The notes beneath the pieces were generated by a model. The model was not told the DNA's origin, did no database searches, and saw only the letters and a list, made by a program, of their open reading frames with translations. Below are positions 36,770 to 48,700 of a stretch of DNA of 64,000 nt, in pieces. Positions within the stretch are counted from its first letter, which is position 1. Each line of letters opens with the position of its first letter. Made by a program: the position numbers and the translations under genes. The stretch is from Candidatus Omnitrophota bacterium (GTDB taxonomy: Bacteria > Omnitrophota > Gorgyraeia > Zapsychrales > JANLHA01). The stretch lies in the NCBI GenBank assembly GCA_020632535.1, contig JACKFJ010000005.1, forward strand, positions 200 through 64,199, written 5' to 3'.

Positions 36770-39562
36770 CTATTGATTCTTGACGATACACACAGATGCT
36801 GGGAAATTTGCGAATAATAAACCAACCGAGATCCGACTTGAAATAGTGACTTCTTGATTTGTAATAACGTCCTGATAATTTCCTTCACACCCTGCGGGGA
36901 GAACAAACACCGTATCACCCCAAATTGTATTGCCCAAAGGACATTGATCCATCGTCACAACTTCGCACAAAAACCGTGGGACAGCGACGACAATACTCTT
37001 ATTCAAATACCTACGCATAAAACCAATCACATGATTATGCAAACAGCCTTCGGCAATTAATGGAACATAATCACCTTTTCGGAAAACTTCTTCATATTCT
37101 TGAATTGCCATCAGCAATCGATTTGTTAGAAACAATTTAATCCCATCATCGGTTCGATTGAAAAGCAACTCAGAAATAATCTCATTTAATCTTTCTTGAC
37201 CCTGTGTCATGAAATTCGTCAATTGACGCTCACGACGACTATAATCAACCGCGCGACGATTATCAGGGTCGACCATTGTCAAATCCCAAAATTCTGTCCC
37301 CTGATAAGTATCCGGAACTCCCGGACTTGTCATTTTTAAAACCGTTTGTGAAAGAGAATTCCATACTCCGTACGCAGCGATTTTTCTTTGAAACGGTGAA
37401 AACGCTTTCAAAAATTCATTATCCAGCTCTGAATTAAGAAGATTATCGATAAATTGCAAACAGGCCTGCTCATATTGTTCCGCTGGCTTAATCCAAGCGG
37501 TATGACGTTTGGCCTCACGAATCGCTTTAATAAAATAACTTTTAATGCGCTCTAAATAATCTGACGACATCCCTTCAAATGGATATGTCCCAAGCAAAGT
37601 CTGATATAAAAAATACTCATCATTCTCATCCGGAGCAAGCACTCTCCCAACTTGCGTCTTTTTCCCTTTATTCACTTGGGCCCAATGCCGCAAATGATCA
37701 TCCCATTCTTGGGGCAATTCCGAAACAACATTAATCCTCGCTCTCACATCTTCACCACGCTTCATATCATGTGTAGCCGTCGCGCACATCGCGTGCGGTG
37801 TCATCGCTAATCGATGAGAATTAAAGGTGTGAAACTCATCCCGAGTAAATCCAAATTTCTCAGGACTTCCACCTACTTCATTAAGTGAAATTAGCACGTT
37901 ATAAACATAGAGCATCGTATCTTCAAACCCTTTAGCCATAACCGGACCGGTATATTGCTGAAAAGTCTGCACAAAGTTAAGCCAAGCCTTTTTATCTTCT
38001 TGCGAAGTTTCTTCACCAAATTGTAAAAGTAAGAACTTTTCAATAAAATTTAATTCATAAACAAATCCCGGAATTTTATTCTTAGCGCTGTGGATCGCGA
38101 TTTTTATATACTCCTCATCACTCAAACACACCGCATCACTATTGATATATGTTCGATAAATAGGAAAATGCGCCATGACTTCAACAAGCGCTCTACGCAA
38201 CCCATAAAGAGTAATATCTCTCCCCATCCGATCATGACTGGAAATCTTTTTAATTTGCTGCGCTAAATTATCAATGTTCCCAGCAAGATGTTTACTAATA
38301 ATCGTTCTTTTATTCTCACACAAAAGATCTTCATATGAAGACTTCCAACGCGCAAATGATAAATATAAATCTTCAAAAAGATTTTTATGGTCCGTACGGC
38401 AAAACACACCATTAACAATATTCATAAAATCATACCCCGTTGTCCCTTGCGTCAACCATTGCTTAGGCATATCTTCGTTAGGGAACAAAATCTTTTCGAC
38501 AACAATATAATGATCCGGAGCAATTCCCGAGAGCTGTTTCAAATAATTTTCAGGATCATACAGGCCGTCAATATGGTCAACTCTCAAACTTTGAACTTTA
38601 TTCTCTGCCACAAGCGACTGAATCAACTGATGAGTTAAATGAAAAATTTTCTCATCCTCAACGCGGACTGAAATCAAATCACTGATTGCAAAAAAGCGTC
38701 GATAGTTGATTTCTTCCGTCGCTACTTTCCAGAATGACAAACGATAATGCTGACTCGAAATCAATTCATCTAATGGGCCGTAATGATTTTGACCACCCTC
38801 CGCGCTGTTAAAGAATCGCAAATTCGCATCAATATATTTGGCAACTTTAACATTGCCTTGATAAAGCTGCCAAAGCATTGCTTTGGCATGCCGCATTTGA
38901 TCACTTTGCGCAAAATCCCCAATCTGATTTGCCAAGGCTTTGAATAAATTGATCACCCCTAATAATTTGATTAAATCTGCGTTATGCGCTAATTCCGCTT
39001 CAAGCTGTTTAATTTTATGCAAAAGGATTTGAACATAGGAACCGACCTTTATGGGAAAATGATACTGATAATAGTTGATTTTAAACCCATGCTCATCGTA
39101 AGAAAGCTGGATTTCACCGTCTTCCAAAGCTTGCGCATAAAACTTCCCCAACACCGGGACTAATAATCGACCACGCATATTCTCATACGGATGATTCCAG
39201 TCAATATCAAAAACATGGAAATATTTTGAATCTTCCCGATTCTCAAAAATATCCATTAACATCATATTGTCTGAATCCAATGCCATATGATTTGGAACAA
39301 TGTCCTGCATCCATGTCATTCCATGCTTTTTTAATTCCGCGATCAATTCTTCAAAATCTGCAAGCGTCCCTAATTCAGGATTAATTTGCGAAGGGTCGAC
39401 AATATCATACCCATGCAAACTTTTTACTCTGGCTTTAAATATGGGGGAAGCATAAACCTCCCCTATCCCAAGCTTAGATAAATAAGGAATTATTTCTTTC
39501 AACTTTCGAAAAGGAAATTGATGATTAAGCTGAACTCTATATGTCGATTGAGGGATTCGCAT
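36770..39562 (-). CDS. treY: malto-oligosyltrehalose synthase
   Basis: STYRVQLNHQFPF, VYASPIFKA..SLHGYD, QDIVPNHMA and LRVDHIDGL. The preferred ATG at 39562 overlaps the GH57 stop (TGATG). The longest ORF starts at 39586. Confidence 0.9.
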   Translation of the reverse strand: MRIPQSTYRVQLNHQFPFRKLKEIIPYLSKLGIGEVYASPIFKARVKSLHGYDIVDPSQINPELGTLADFEELIAELKKHGMTWMQDIVPNHMALDSDNMMLMDIFENREDSKYFHVFDIDWNHPYENMRGRLLVPVLGKFYAQALEDGEIQLSYDEHGFKINYYQYHFPIKVGSYVQILLHKIKQLEAELAHNADLIKLLGVINLFKALANQIGDFAQSDQMRHAKAMLWQLYQGNVKVAKYIDANLRFFNSAEGGQNHYGPLDELISSQHYRLSFWKVATEEINYRRFFAISDLISVRVEDEKIFHLTHQLIQSLVAENKVQSLRVDHIDGLYDPENYLKQLSGIAPDHYIVVEKILFPNEDMPKQWLTQGTTGYDFMNIVNGVFCRTDHKNLFEDLYLSFARWKSSYEDLLCENKRTIISKHLAGNIDNLAQQIKKISSHDRMGRDITLYGLRRALVEVMAHFPIYRTYINSDAVCLSDEEYIKIAIHSAKNKIPGFVYELNFIEKFLLLQFGEETSQEDKKAWLNFVQTFQQYTGPVMAKGFEDTMLYVYNVLISLNEVGGSPEKFGFTRDEFHTFNSHRLAMTPHAMCATATHDMKRGEDVRARINVVSELPQEWDDHLRHWAQVNKGKKTQVGRVLAPDENDEYFLYQTLLGTYPFEGMSSDYLERIKSYFIKAIREAKRHTAWIKPAEQYEQACLQFIDNLLNSELDNEFLKAFSPFQRKIAAYGVWNSLSQTVLKMTSPGVPDTYQGTEFWDLTMVDPDNRRAVDYSRRERQLTNFMTQGQERLNEIISELLFNRTDDGIKLFLTNRLLMAIQEYEEVFRKGDYVPLIAEGCLHNHVIGFMRRYLNKSIVVAVPRFLCEVVTMDQCPLGNTIWGDTVFVLPAGCEGNYQDVITNQEVTISSRISVGLLFANFPASVCIVKNQ

Positions 39563-41991
39563 CAAATTAATTTTATTCTCAAGCATTCACCCAATTGTGT
39601 AAATGCTTCAAAGACCCTTTTATCCTCTGGGCTAGCATTTTGTTTGTTTTGAATTGCTTTCGCATATTCCGGCCCGAGCGAAAAATAAATATTTTCCGCT
39701 TTCCACAAATTTAATATCAAATTTAACTCACCAATCAATTTGATCAATTCATTGATTTCTTCCATAATCTCAACACGCGGCGTTGAATCCCGAAAACACT
39801 CTTCAACAGACGCATTAATCCTGTTGCTACACAAAAGTCCCAACGCATCAATATCCAAGCGAATCGAAAAACGCTTGGTCTCTTGAATAATATGTTTCAG
39901 TTTTTGTTGATCGAGTTTGTCTCCCAATAAACATTCTTTAATTTGTGTGTTTAATAAGAACGGGAGAATCCCTTGAAAAAGTTCCGGCAAAACGACATTG
40001 TAACCTTCAGCCGCATGCAGTATTGAAGAATGATGCTCATAAACATGTCCCAACGACGATACAATTTCTTTACGCGCTTCATCAAAAATCAAATTGACAA
40101 CTTTTCTTTGTTCATCACGAAATAAATACCATAATGAAAAATGATGACTGGGAAAATGGCTATTCATTAAGAGAATCACATCAGGAGTCGCGCCACTTAA
40201 AAACGCTTTGCTGACCTGTTCTGTCATTGTCTTGTACGCCTCTTCTCCCTGAAAACTTCGAGCTCCGCATGTCACATTATGATCACCCATATGCAAGACC
40301 GCGAAACTCACTTCCTCCTCTTCCCACGTCAACCGCGATTTAATATATACCTTGCCTAACGCCAATTTATGCTTTCCAAATTTCAATTGTTCATAAGCAA
40401 GGCGTTCAACTTGATAAACATAAAGCTCCTCTGTCGCAGAAAGATCCGAAAATAGTGATGATACCGCGTAGTGAACACCCACCCGCAATAAATCTAAAAT
40501 TTGCGGCTCAACATACTTTTGATAAATAACCGACCCGTTTTGTAACTCCGGCAGATTGCTGGGTGCTCTTTGCAAAAGCCCTTTAAATGAATCCTGCAGT
40601 GAAATATTACTGACATTTTTAGCAATTTGAATAGCCCGAGCCGCGTAATTCATCACTTGCACCGTCTCAATGCCAGAGATCTCATCAAAAAACCAACCAC
40701 AACTCGTATACATCAATAATTCATGCCGCTGCATTTCCAAAAGCTTGAGAATTTTGACTTTTTCTTCTGGCGTTAATTCTTTTTTAGCATATTTTGATAA
40801 AAGAGAATGAACATGATTTGCGTCATGACTTAAAACAACGTGAATATAATCATTTCGTAAAGCCCAAATATCACTGACCAATTCACCAGCTTGCTGCTCA
40901 TATATTTCTGTCAGATTATCTCTTAACCAATCAAGCGCCCCACGCAATGGCGCGCGCCATTCTTGATTCCAATTGCCACGCATTCCAGAATTACAGCCGC
41001 AGTTTGCTTTCCAGCGCTCAACACCATGAACGCAACTCCATGAAGAATTCTCGTGAATCTGCGCCTCCCAAGTTGGCGGAAACTTCTCCAGATACTCAGC
41101 ATAAATTGTGATATTGGCTAAATCATTCGAAATCAAATGATGCAAACAATACGCCAAAGCCATATCCCCATAACGATGATGATGACCATATGTTTCTCCA
41201 TCCGTCGCAATATGTACTAATTCCGGATCCTTACTCGATTCTGAAAAAACGGAAAGAAGACGTCCCGAAAAACGCTCGCCGCTTTCCAACAATTTTTCAA
41301 AAGCAATTTGTTGTGAAATTGGACCGTCATAAAAAAACAAACTTATTGTCTTACCTGACGGCAGATGGCACAAATATGGACGTTTTGGATCAACTTGCCC
41401 TCCCGAAACATCAATCCATTCTTTCCCCTTTAATTTCTTGATTTTTGCCGCTTGATTAGGTGCTAAAATTGTAAATTTGATATTGTGATCTGCTAATAAT
41501 TCTAATGTTTCGGTATCAACCGCTGTTTCTGCCAACCACATCCCTTCCGGATAGCGCTTGAATCGATGCTCAAAATCACGTATTCCCCAAATAATCTGAG
41601 TTTCTTTATCCCGACGATTAGCCAATGGCATAATGATATGGTTATAAACCTGCGCCAAAGCACTGCCATGTCCGGAATACCGCTCCCGACTTTTTTTATC
41701 AGCGTCTAAAATTCCTTGATACGCAAGTGGATCATGTTTCTCAAGCCACATCAAAAGGGTTGGCCCAAAATTAAAGCTGATTCGAGAATAATTATTCACA
41801 ATACTCTGAATACGACCATCATTCCCAAAAATCCGAGAAGAAGCATTAGGAGCATAACACTCAGCCGTAATGCGGCTATTCCAATCATGATAAGGGTACG
41901 CTGAATCCTGAATTTCAACTTCTTCAAGCCACGGATTTTCACGCGGTGGTTGATAAAAATGTCCATGAATACAAATATAACGATTTGTCAT
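39562..41991 (-). CDS. glycoside hydrolase family 57 protein (long, DUF3536-type)
   Basis: ICIHGHFYQPPRENPW, MWLAETAVD (candidate nucleophile Glu) and IATDGETYGHHH (candidate acid/base Asp). The ATG at 41991 has a GGAG SD and overlaps the treZ stop as ATGA. Confidence 0.85.
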   Translation of the reverse strand: MTNRYICIHGHFYQPPRENPWLEEVEIQDSAYPYHDWNSRITAECYAPNASSRIFGNDGRIQSIVNNYSRISFNFGPTLLMWLEKHDPLAYQGILDADKKSRERYSGHGSALAQVYNHIIMPLANRRDKETQIIWGIRDFEHRFKRYPEGMWLAETAVDTETLELLADHNIKFTILAPNQAAKIKKLKGKEWIDVSGGQVDPKRPYLCHLPSGKTISLFFYDGPISQQIAFEKLLESGERFSGRLLSVFSESSKDPELVHIATDGETYGHHHRYGDMALAYCLHHLISNDLANITIYAEYLEKFPPTWEAQIHENSSWSCVHGVERWKANCGCNSGMRGNWNQEWRAPLRGALDWLRDNLTEIYEQQAGELVSDIWALRNDYIHVVLSHDANHVHSLLSKYAKKELTPEEKVKILKLLEMQRHELLMYTSCGWFFDEISGIETVQVMNYAARAIQIAKNVSNISLQDSFKGLLQRAPSNLPELQNGSVIYQKYVEPQILDLLRVGVHYAVSSLFSDLSATEELYVYQVERLAYEQLKFGKHKLALGKVYIKSRLTWEEEEVSFAVLHMGDHNVTCGARSFQGEEAYKTMTEQVSKAFLSGATPDVILLMNSHFPSHHFSLWYLFRDEQRKVVNLIFDEARKEIVSSLGHVYEHHSSILHAAEGYNVVLPELFQGILPFLLNTQIKECLLGDKLDQQKLKHIIQETKRFSIRLDIDALGLLCSNRINASVEECFRDSTPRVEIMEEINELIKLIGELNLILNLWKAENIYFSLGPEYAKAIQNKQNASPEDKRVFEAFTQLGECLRIKLI

Positions 41992-43865
41992 TTTTTCTCC
42001 AAACGATACGCGACAAATGCCCAAGGAGCAATTGTCACAACTTGATTACGTTTAATCATTGATGATAATTCATCCCCAATACCGGCCCATTGCGCCGCGG
42101 TTGAATCAATCATCTTTTTCCATGTGCCAACGGGGATATTCAAACGGCATGTTTGCGACTTAGCACCAAAATTTAGCAAACATAAAATTTCTTGCCGCTG
42201 ATGCCATCGGCGTAAAAGTAAAATCTTTCCCTCTGCGTCAAAGAAAATATCCATTTTCGACTTATCCAAATTCTTCAAAACCCCAGATGTTTGACGAACT
42301 TTTATCAAAGCCTGATAATATCGCAACATGGCCTGTTGTTTCTCTTGCGATAATTGATGCCACTGCAATTTTGATTCCAAAAAAGTTTGTTCATCTTGTG
42401 GATCCGGTGGTTCCCCTTTCCAAAGAAAGGCTTTAAATTCTTCTTTTCTCCCTTTCCGAACCGCACTGATTAAATTCTTGTCACCATGATCAACAAAATA
42501 GAAAAAAGGACTCTTCTCACCATATTCTTCCCCCATAAATAAAAGTGGAACATACGGCGCGGTCATCAGCAAACCCGCCGCCGCTTTTAACGCTTCAAAC
42601 GGGATTAAACTAGCCAATCTCTCCCCGTTCATACGGTTACCAATCTGATCATGATTTTGTAAACTGATTACAAATTGCTCAGCCTTACAATCTTCTACTG
42701 AGTTTCCATGATGGCGCTTACGAAAATCTGAATATTGTCCGTCATAAACAAAAGTTTTCTTTAAAGCTTTTAGAATATCTTCAAACCGACCAAAATCATG
42801 ATAATACCCAAATTGTTCCTTTGTCAGAACCGAATGCACCGCGTGATGAAAATCATCCGACCATTGCGCATCAATTCCAAGCCCCCCCAGTTGAGCGGGA
42901 CGAACAACTGTCGCGTCATTCAAATCACTTTCGGCAATCAAAAGACGCTTTCGTCGATCTACGAGTGAAAATGCCCGCGTTTTCTGAGCCAACTCTTTTA
43001 AGAAATGCTTAGCACTAAAGTCATAAATCGCGTGAACCGCATCTAGACGAAGAGCATCAACATGAAAATCACGAAACCAATATAAGGCATTCTCAAAAAA
43101 ATAATTTCGAACCTCATCAGAATAACGGTCATCGAAATTCACTGCCCAGCCCCATGGCGTTTTATATTTGTCTGTAAAATAAGGCCCGAATTGATTAAGA
43201 TAATTTCCTTCTGGCCCCAAATGGTTATAAACAACGTCGAGAATTACCGCCAAGCCTCGACAATGACATTCATCGATCAATCGTTTAAAAGAATTTACCC
43301 CACCGTAGGAATTCTGTACTGCGAAAGGATAAACGCCATCATAGCCCCAATTCCGTTGACCGGGAAATTGCGCGACTGGCATAATCTCAACGGCTGTAAT
43401 CCCTAAAGAAGATAAATAATCTAACTTTTCAATCGCGGCGTCAAATGTCCCTTTTGCCGTAAAAGTCCCGACATGCAATTCATAAATGATCATTTGTTCT
43501 AATTTTATTCCTGTCCATTTTCGATCCGCCCAAGAATATTGTTTATGATCAATGATTTGTGAGGGGCCATGAACACCTTGTGGTTGTGATAATGAAGCAG
43601 GGTCGGGCTTATCCCCAAAAGCAGACGAATGGTAAAAATATAAATCGCCCGGATCGACATCTGTCGCAGTTATTTCCCAATATCCATCCCTAACAGATTT
43701 CATCGGTAATTTTAGTTTCGGGCGCTTAACAAGTTTTACGGACACGTCCTCGGCAAAGGGCGCCCAAACTCGAAAACGACATTTCTTTTTCCCTAAGTAA
43801 CACGCACCAATATTTATCGAATCTGACACAGACTTTTCCTCACTGACTTTTTTTAAGAACAACAA
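41988..43865 (-). CDS. treZ: malto-oligosyltrehalose trehalohydrolase
   Basis: FRVWAP, NWGYDGV, VILDVVYNHLGPEGNY and DALRLDAVHAI. The longest ORF starts at TTG 43865. GTG at 43832 with a GAGGA SD is a plausible true start just after the glgB stop. Confidence 0.9.
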   Translation of the reverse strand: MLFLKKVSEEKSVSDSINIGACYLGKKKCRFRVWAPFAEDVSVKLVKRPKLKLPMKSVRDGYWEITATDVDPGDLYFYHSSAFGDKPDPASLSQPQGVHGPSQIIDHKQYSWADRKWTGIKLEQMIIYELHVGTFTAKGTFDAAIEKLDYLSSLGITAVEIMPVAQFPGQRNWGYDGVYPFAVQNSYGGVNSFKRLIDECHCRGLAVILDVVYNHLGPEGNYLNQFGPYFTDKYKTPWGWAVNFDDRYSDEVRNYFFENALYWFRDFHVDALRLDAVHAIYDFSAKHFLKELAQKTRAFSLVDRRKRLLIAESDLNDATVVRPAQLGGLGIDAQWSDDFHHAVHSVLTKEQFGYYHDFGRFEDILKALKKTFVYDGQYSDFRKRHHGNSVEDCKAEQFVISLQNHDQIGNRMNGERLASLIPFEALKAAAGLLMTAPYVPLLFMGEEYGEKSPFFYFVDHGDKNLISAVRKGRKEEFKAFLWKGEPPDPQDEQTFLESKLQWHQLSQEKQQAMLRYYQALIKVRQTSGVLKNLDKSKMDIFFDAEGKILLLRRWHQRQEILCLLNFGAKSQTCRLNIPVGTWKKMIDSTAAQWAGIGDELSSMIKRNQVVTIAPWAFVAYRLEKK

Positions 43866-45780
43866 TACTTAATGGCGGAAGCGTTAATGCTAATGAATGA
43901 TAAAATCCATGAATCGCGACGGGATCACTTTCTTGGCCGCCCATATTCCCATGACCACTACCACCGTATTCATTCGCATCCGTATTGAGAATTTCCCGCC
44001 AATACCCTGATTGCGGGACGCCAACTCGATACGCACAACGCAGCGCCGGCGTAAAATTGCACACAATCAAAAGATCATCTTGGGGATGTTGCGTTTTTCT
44101 TAAGAAACTAATTACGCTTTGTTGTGAATCACTTGAATCAACACAGTGAAAACCTTCCGACAAGAAATCCGTTTGATACAGAGCTGGTTCCGTTTTATAC
44201 AAATTGTTCAAGTCCTTGACACATTGCAAAATTCCCGCGTGCGCAGGATACTGTAACAAATGCCAATCAAGACTTTTTTCATGGTTCCATTCATCCCATT
44301 GCCCGAATTCACAACCCATAAAAAGCAGTTTTTTACCCGGATGTGTAAACATATACCCATACAATAATCGCAAATTGGCGAATTTTTGCCATTGATCACC
44401 GGGCATTTTATTAATCAATGACCCCTTGCCGTGCACCACTTCATCATGTGACAGCGACAGTACAAAATTCTCTGTAAACGCGTACAAATAACTAAACGTC
44501 AATTCACCATGATGATATTTACGAAAAACCGGATCCTCAGCAAAATAACTCAACGTATCATGCATCCATCCCATGTTCCATTTCATGCCAAATCCCAGCC
44601 CTCCTAAGTACAAAGGCCGCGACACTCCGGGCCAAGCTGTTGATTCTTCCGCGGTCACTTGCGTGTCAGGAAAATATTCATAAACAGTTTTGTTCAGTTG
44701 TTTTAAAAACTCAATGGATTCAAGATTTTCACGTCCCCCATATTTATTCGGAATCCATTCTCCCTCTTTGCGAGAATAGTCTCGATAAAGCATTGAAGCT
44801 ACCGCATCAACCCGCAGCCCGTCAACATGATACTTGTCCAACCAAAACACAGCACTGGAAATCAAAAATTCCTTTACTTCTTGACGGCCCAGATTAAAAA
44901 TATAACTTTTCCAATCCGGGTGAAAACCTTCTCTTTTATCTGTATGTTCAAATAGATTCGTGCCATCAAAATAAACTAACCCGTGCTCATCGGATGGGAA
45001 ATGTGATGGAACCCAATCTAAGATGACACCAATATTGTTTTGATGTAACGCATCAATCAAGAACATAAAATCCTGCGGTGTTCCATACCGATTCGTAGGA
45101 GCAAAATAACCAATCGATTGATAACCCCATGACCCGTAGAACGGATGCTCCATAACCGGCAAAAATTCCACATGCGTAAAACCTGTCGCTTTAATGTAAT
45201 CGACTAAATATTTTGCTAATTCCCGGTATGTGCAATAACGGTTATTTTCTTCAATAATCCTGCGCCAAGATCCTAAGTGAATTTCATAAATAGACATCGG
45301 CTTATCAAGCGCGTTAAATTGCTGCCTTTTTTTCATCCATGATTGATCCGTCCATTCGTTTTCTAAATCCCAAACAATTGAAGCTGTTTTAGGAGGAACT
45401 TCATTAAAAAACGCGTACGGATCACGTTTCTCAACGGAATAATTCTGATTCTTGGAAGTAATGGAGTACTTATACAGCGTTCCTTTTTCCAGTCCTTCAA
45501 TAAATCCCTCCCAAATCCCCGACGAGTCCCAGCGCGCGGACAAAGGATGCTTCCCTTTGGCCCAACCGTTAAAATCACCGATAACCGAGACACTTTCGGC
45601 ATTAGGTGCCCAAACCGCGAAATGAACACCCGCTTTTCCGTTGCGCACAATCAAATGCGACCCTAATTTCTCATAAAGTTTATAATGATTCCCCTCGCGA
45701 AATAAATAAATATCATGTTCAGTTATAAAGTTCTGTTCTGTTGTCAAAATCTTACTATCCGCATTTTTAACATCAGCCAT
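43840..45780 (-). CDS. glgB: 1,4-alpha-glucan branching enzyme
   Basis: THVEFLPVMEHPFYGSWGYQ, GVILDWVPSHFP, HVDGLRVDAVASMLY and AEESTAWP. Strong SD AAGGAGG. Confidence 0.95.
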   Translation of the reverse strand: MADVKNADSKILTTEQNFITEHDIYLFREGNHYKLYEKLGSHLIVRNGKAGVHFAVWAPNAESVSVIGDFNGWAKGKHPLSARWDSSGIWEGFIEGLEKGTLYKYSITSKNQNYSVEKRDPYAFFNEVPPKTASIVWDLENEWTDQSWMKKRQQFNALDKPMSIYEIHLGSWRRIIEENNRYCTYRELAKYLVDYIKATGFTHVEFLPVMEHPFYGSWGYQSIGYFAPTNRYGTPQDFMFLIDALHQNNIGVILDWVPSHFPSDEHGLVYFDGTNLFEHTDKREGFHPDWKSYIFNLGRQEVKEFLISSAVFWLDKYHVDGLRVDAVASMLYRDYSRKEGEWIPNKYGGRENLESIEFLKQLNKTVYEYFPDTQVTAEESTAWPGVSRPLYLGGLGFGMKWNMGWMHDTLSYFAEDPVFRKYHHGELTFSYLYAFTENFVLSLSHDEVVHGKGSLINKMPGDQWQKFANLRLLYGYMFTHPGKKLLFMGCEFGQWDEWNHEKSLDWHLLQYPAHAGILQCVKDLNNLYKTEPALYQTDFLSEGFHCVDSSDSQQSVISFLRKTQHPQDDLLIVCNFTPALRCAYRVGVPQSGYWREILNTDANEYGGSGHGNMGGQESDPVAIHGFYHSLALTLPPLSIVVLKKSQ

Positions 45781-45792
45781 TTCAGACCTCCT

Positions 45793-48700
45793 TTATACGC
45801 TCGCATTATTAATTCCTAAAATATATTTAATTCCCGTCAGTGGAATCAAAGTTTTCGCAGGACGATTATTTAATTCATATCCCAGTTCATAAACCGCTTT
45901 ATCTAAAAGAAAAATGTCCAGCAAAAGCTCAATCTCTTCGCTTGATGTTGGAATAAACACCGAGGAAGACGAAGCCCCCAGATATGACTTTAGAAAAAGT
46001 TGACTAGCCCAAAAATACCAAGCATGAGCCCAAGGCTCCAAGAATTTCAATTCATCTTCCGGCAATGTCGACTTTAACAATAAAGAACTAAAAGCCGCGT
46101 AATGAAACGAGCGGATCATTCCGGCAACATCACGGAAAGCGGAACGCTTGAGTTTTCGTTCCGTGACGGAACGACTCGGTTCCCCCTCAAAATCAATAAT
46201 CGTAAAATCCTTACCCGTAAATAAGACCTGACCCAAATGATAATCACCATGGATCCGAATTCTTGCTGCCGAAAGTTTTTTCTCCTTAATCCGCAACAAA
46301 CTTTTAAGAATATTTTTCTCGCTCGCAAAAACAATATCTGCTTGCTTTTGAATATTCTTTGGAAGGTATGAATATTGCGCGTGTAAAGTTTGAAAAACTC
46401 GCTTCAACTGTCCCTGCATGGATTGCAAAACAGAACGTTGATATAAGATTGTAAAATCCTCTGGAACAAAATCCGGGAAGTCCTGCGAAGCTAGAGCCTC
46501 ATGCATTTCTCGTGTTCTCTGCCCTAGCAATTTGATCATTTCTGGAAAGATTGGATCAGAGGCTTCACTCAATATCTTGATATTTTCGGGAAGCTCATCT
46601 TTTAACAAAGACACTGGAACCACCGGAACATTTTGATATTTATCCTTATTCGATAAAATATTCTCAAAATACCGTCCTAATTGGTCTAAAAAATACGCCC
46701 ACGTATCGCCTTGATTCGGAATAAAATAGCTCAACATAGCTAACGTTGTAGGTTCAGATTTTGGAGAGACATATTGAATCGCTCCCGCATACGAAGAAAA
46801 ATGAGAGAATGATGTCTTCTCAGTCAGGAATTTTGTAATTTCCAAATCAGGATTGACACCTTCCTTGATCTGACGAAAAAACTTTAAGAAGAATTCCTGT
46901 CCATAAATTATCGAAGAATTACTTTGTTCGGCTTTTAAAACTTTGGAAGAAAATGGCTCCGTGTGACTTTCATAAACTAAACGCATTGATTTCCCCGGGT
47001 AAAATAGCAATCGGCCATCTCGACCGGAAATTCTCTTTTTATCCGCAATCGAGTCCAAAAAGAATTGCTGCAAGGAAGCATCATAAATGCCGTCATATAA
47101 ATAGCCCTCCCCTTGTCCTAGAACCAAATTCGCGATCAAGCATTGGGGATTTTCATTAATCAAATTGACTAACTTCGTTTTTTCTTCATACGCCAAAATT
47201 AATGAATACATCCGCGCAATTCCATCGTAAAAAACAACATTCACAAAGAGACAAACGGCATTCTTCCCCAAAAGATCAAACATCTCCGTGATCTTAACAC
47301 TCTTAATCGCATTTGCTTTTTGACCAAACCAGCGACACTTAGGCAAATATTGCGGCAAAATCTGATTCTCTAAATTATCCAATAAATCACGCTCAAAAAT
47401 TTCTCTCCAACTTTCACTAAGATTAATGGTTGGAATTTCCTGAAGCTGCTCAACACCCGTCGTAATTGTCGCCTTCTTAAGAACAAACCAAAAATGTGTA
47501 TACGCGCCCAAAGTCACAACATAAGGTGATTGTGTAATTTGAGGAAATTTATTCTGACTAAAGATTTCCTCAGGAATATATCCCGCATATTCCGCGAGAT
47601 TCAATTCAATCGCCTGAGAAAATCGCGACAAATTGATAACACACAAAATAACTTCTTCTTCAAATTTACGGACAAAAACCAAAACCTTCTTATTCTCGGT
47701 ATACAAAAAATCCAGTGTCCCACGGCTAAAAGCTTTGAATTTCTTACGCATAAAAATTACACGGCGCATCCACCACAACAACGATGACAAATTCCCTTCC
47801 TGATTCTCAACATTGACACTGCTATATTGATATTCTGGGTCAATCACAACGGGCAAATACAAGCGTTGAGGATTCGTCTGAGAAAAACCCGCGTTCTTAT
47901 CCGGGCTCCACTGCATCGGAGTCCGAACTCCATTACGATCCCCCAAATAAAAATTATCACCCATCCCGATTTCATCCCCGTAATAAATAATCGGGGTTCC
48001 TGGCAAAGACAAAAGAAGAATATTCATCAATTCCACTTTCTTACGATTATTCCCCAAAAGCGGCATCAATCGTCGTCGTATCCCTAAATTGATCTTTGCT
48101 TTAGAATCTTTAGCAAATGAATGGTACATATAATCCCGCTCTTCGTCGGTAACCATTTCTAATGTCAATTCATCATGATTTCTTAAGAAAATCGCCCATT
48201 GGCATGCATCTGGAATCGCCGGTGTTTGCTCTAGGATATCTTTAATCGGAAAATTATCTTCCATTTGCATCGCCATAAACATCCGCGGCATTAAAGGAAA
48301 ATGAAATGCCATCTGACAAGAATCACCTTCTCCAAAATAAGCGACAGCATCTTCCGGCCATTGATTAGCTTCTGCCAAAAGCATTTTGTTCTTATACTTA
48401 CTATCGACATACGATCTTAACTTCTTGAGAAAAGCATATGTCTCTGGAAGATTTTCACAATTTGTCCCTTCTCGCTCATATAAATACGGAACCGCGTCCA
48501 GACGCATTCCATCAACACCCATCTCCATCCAAAAATCCACAACCTTAAATAATTCCTTATGAACCAACGGATTATCAAAATTTAAATCCGGCTGATGCGA
48601 ATAAAAGCGATGCCAATAATACGATTTAGCGACAGGATCCCATGTCCAATTTGAAGGCTCAAAATCCTTAAAAATAATTCGCGCCTCTTTATATTTCTTA

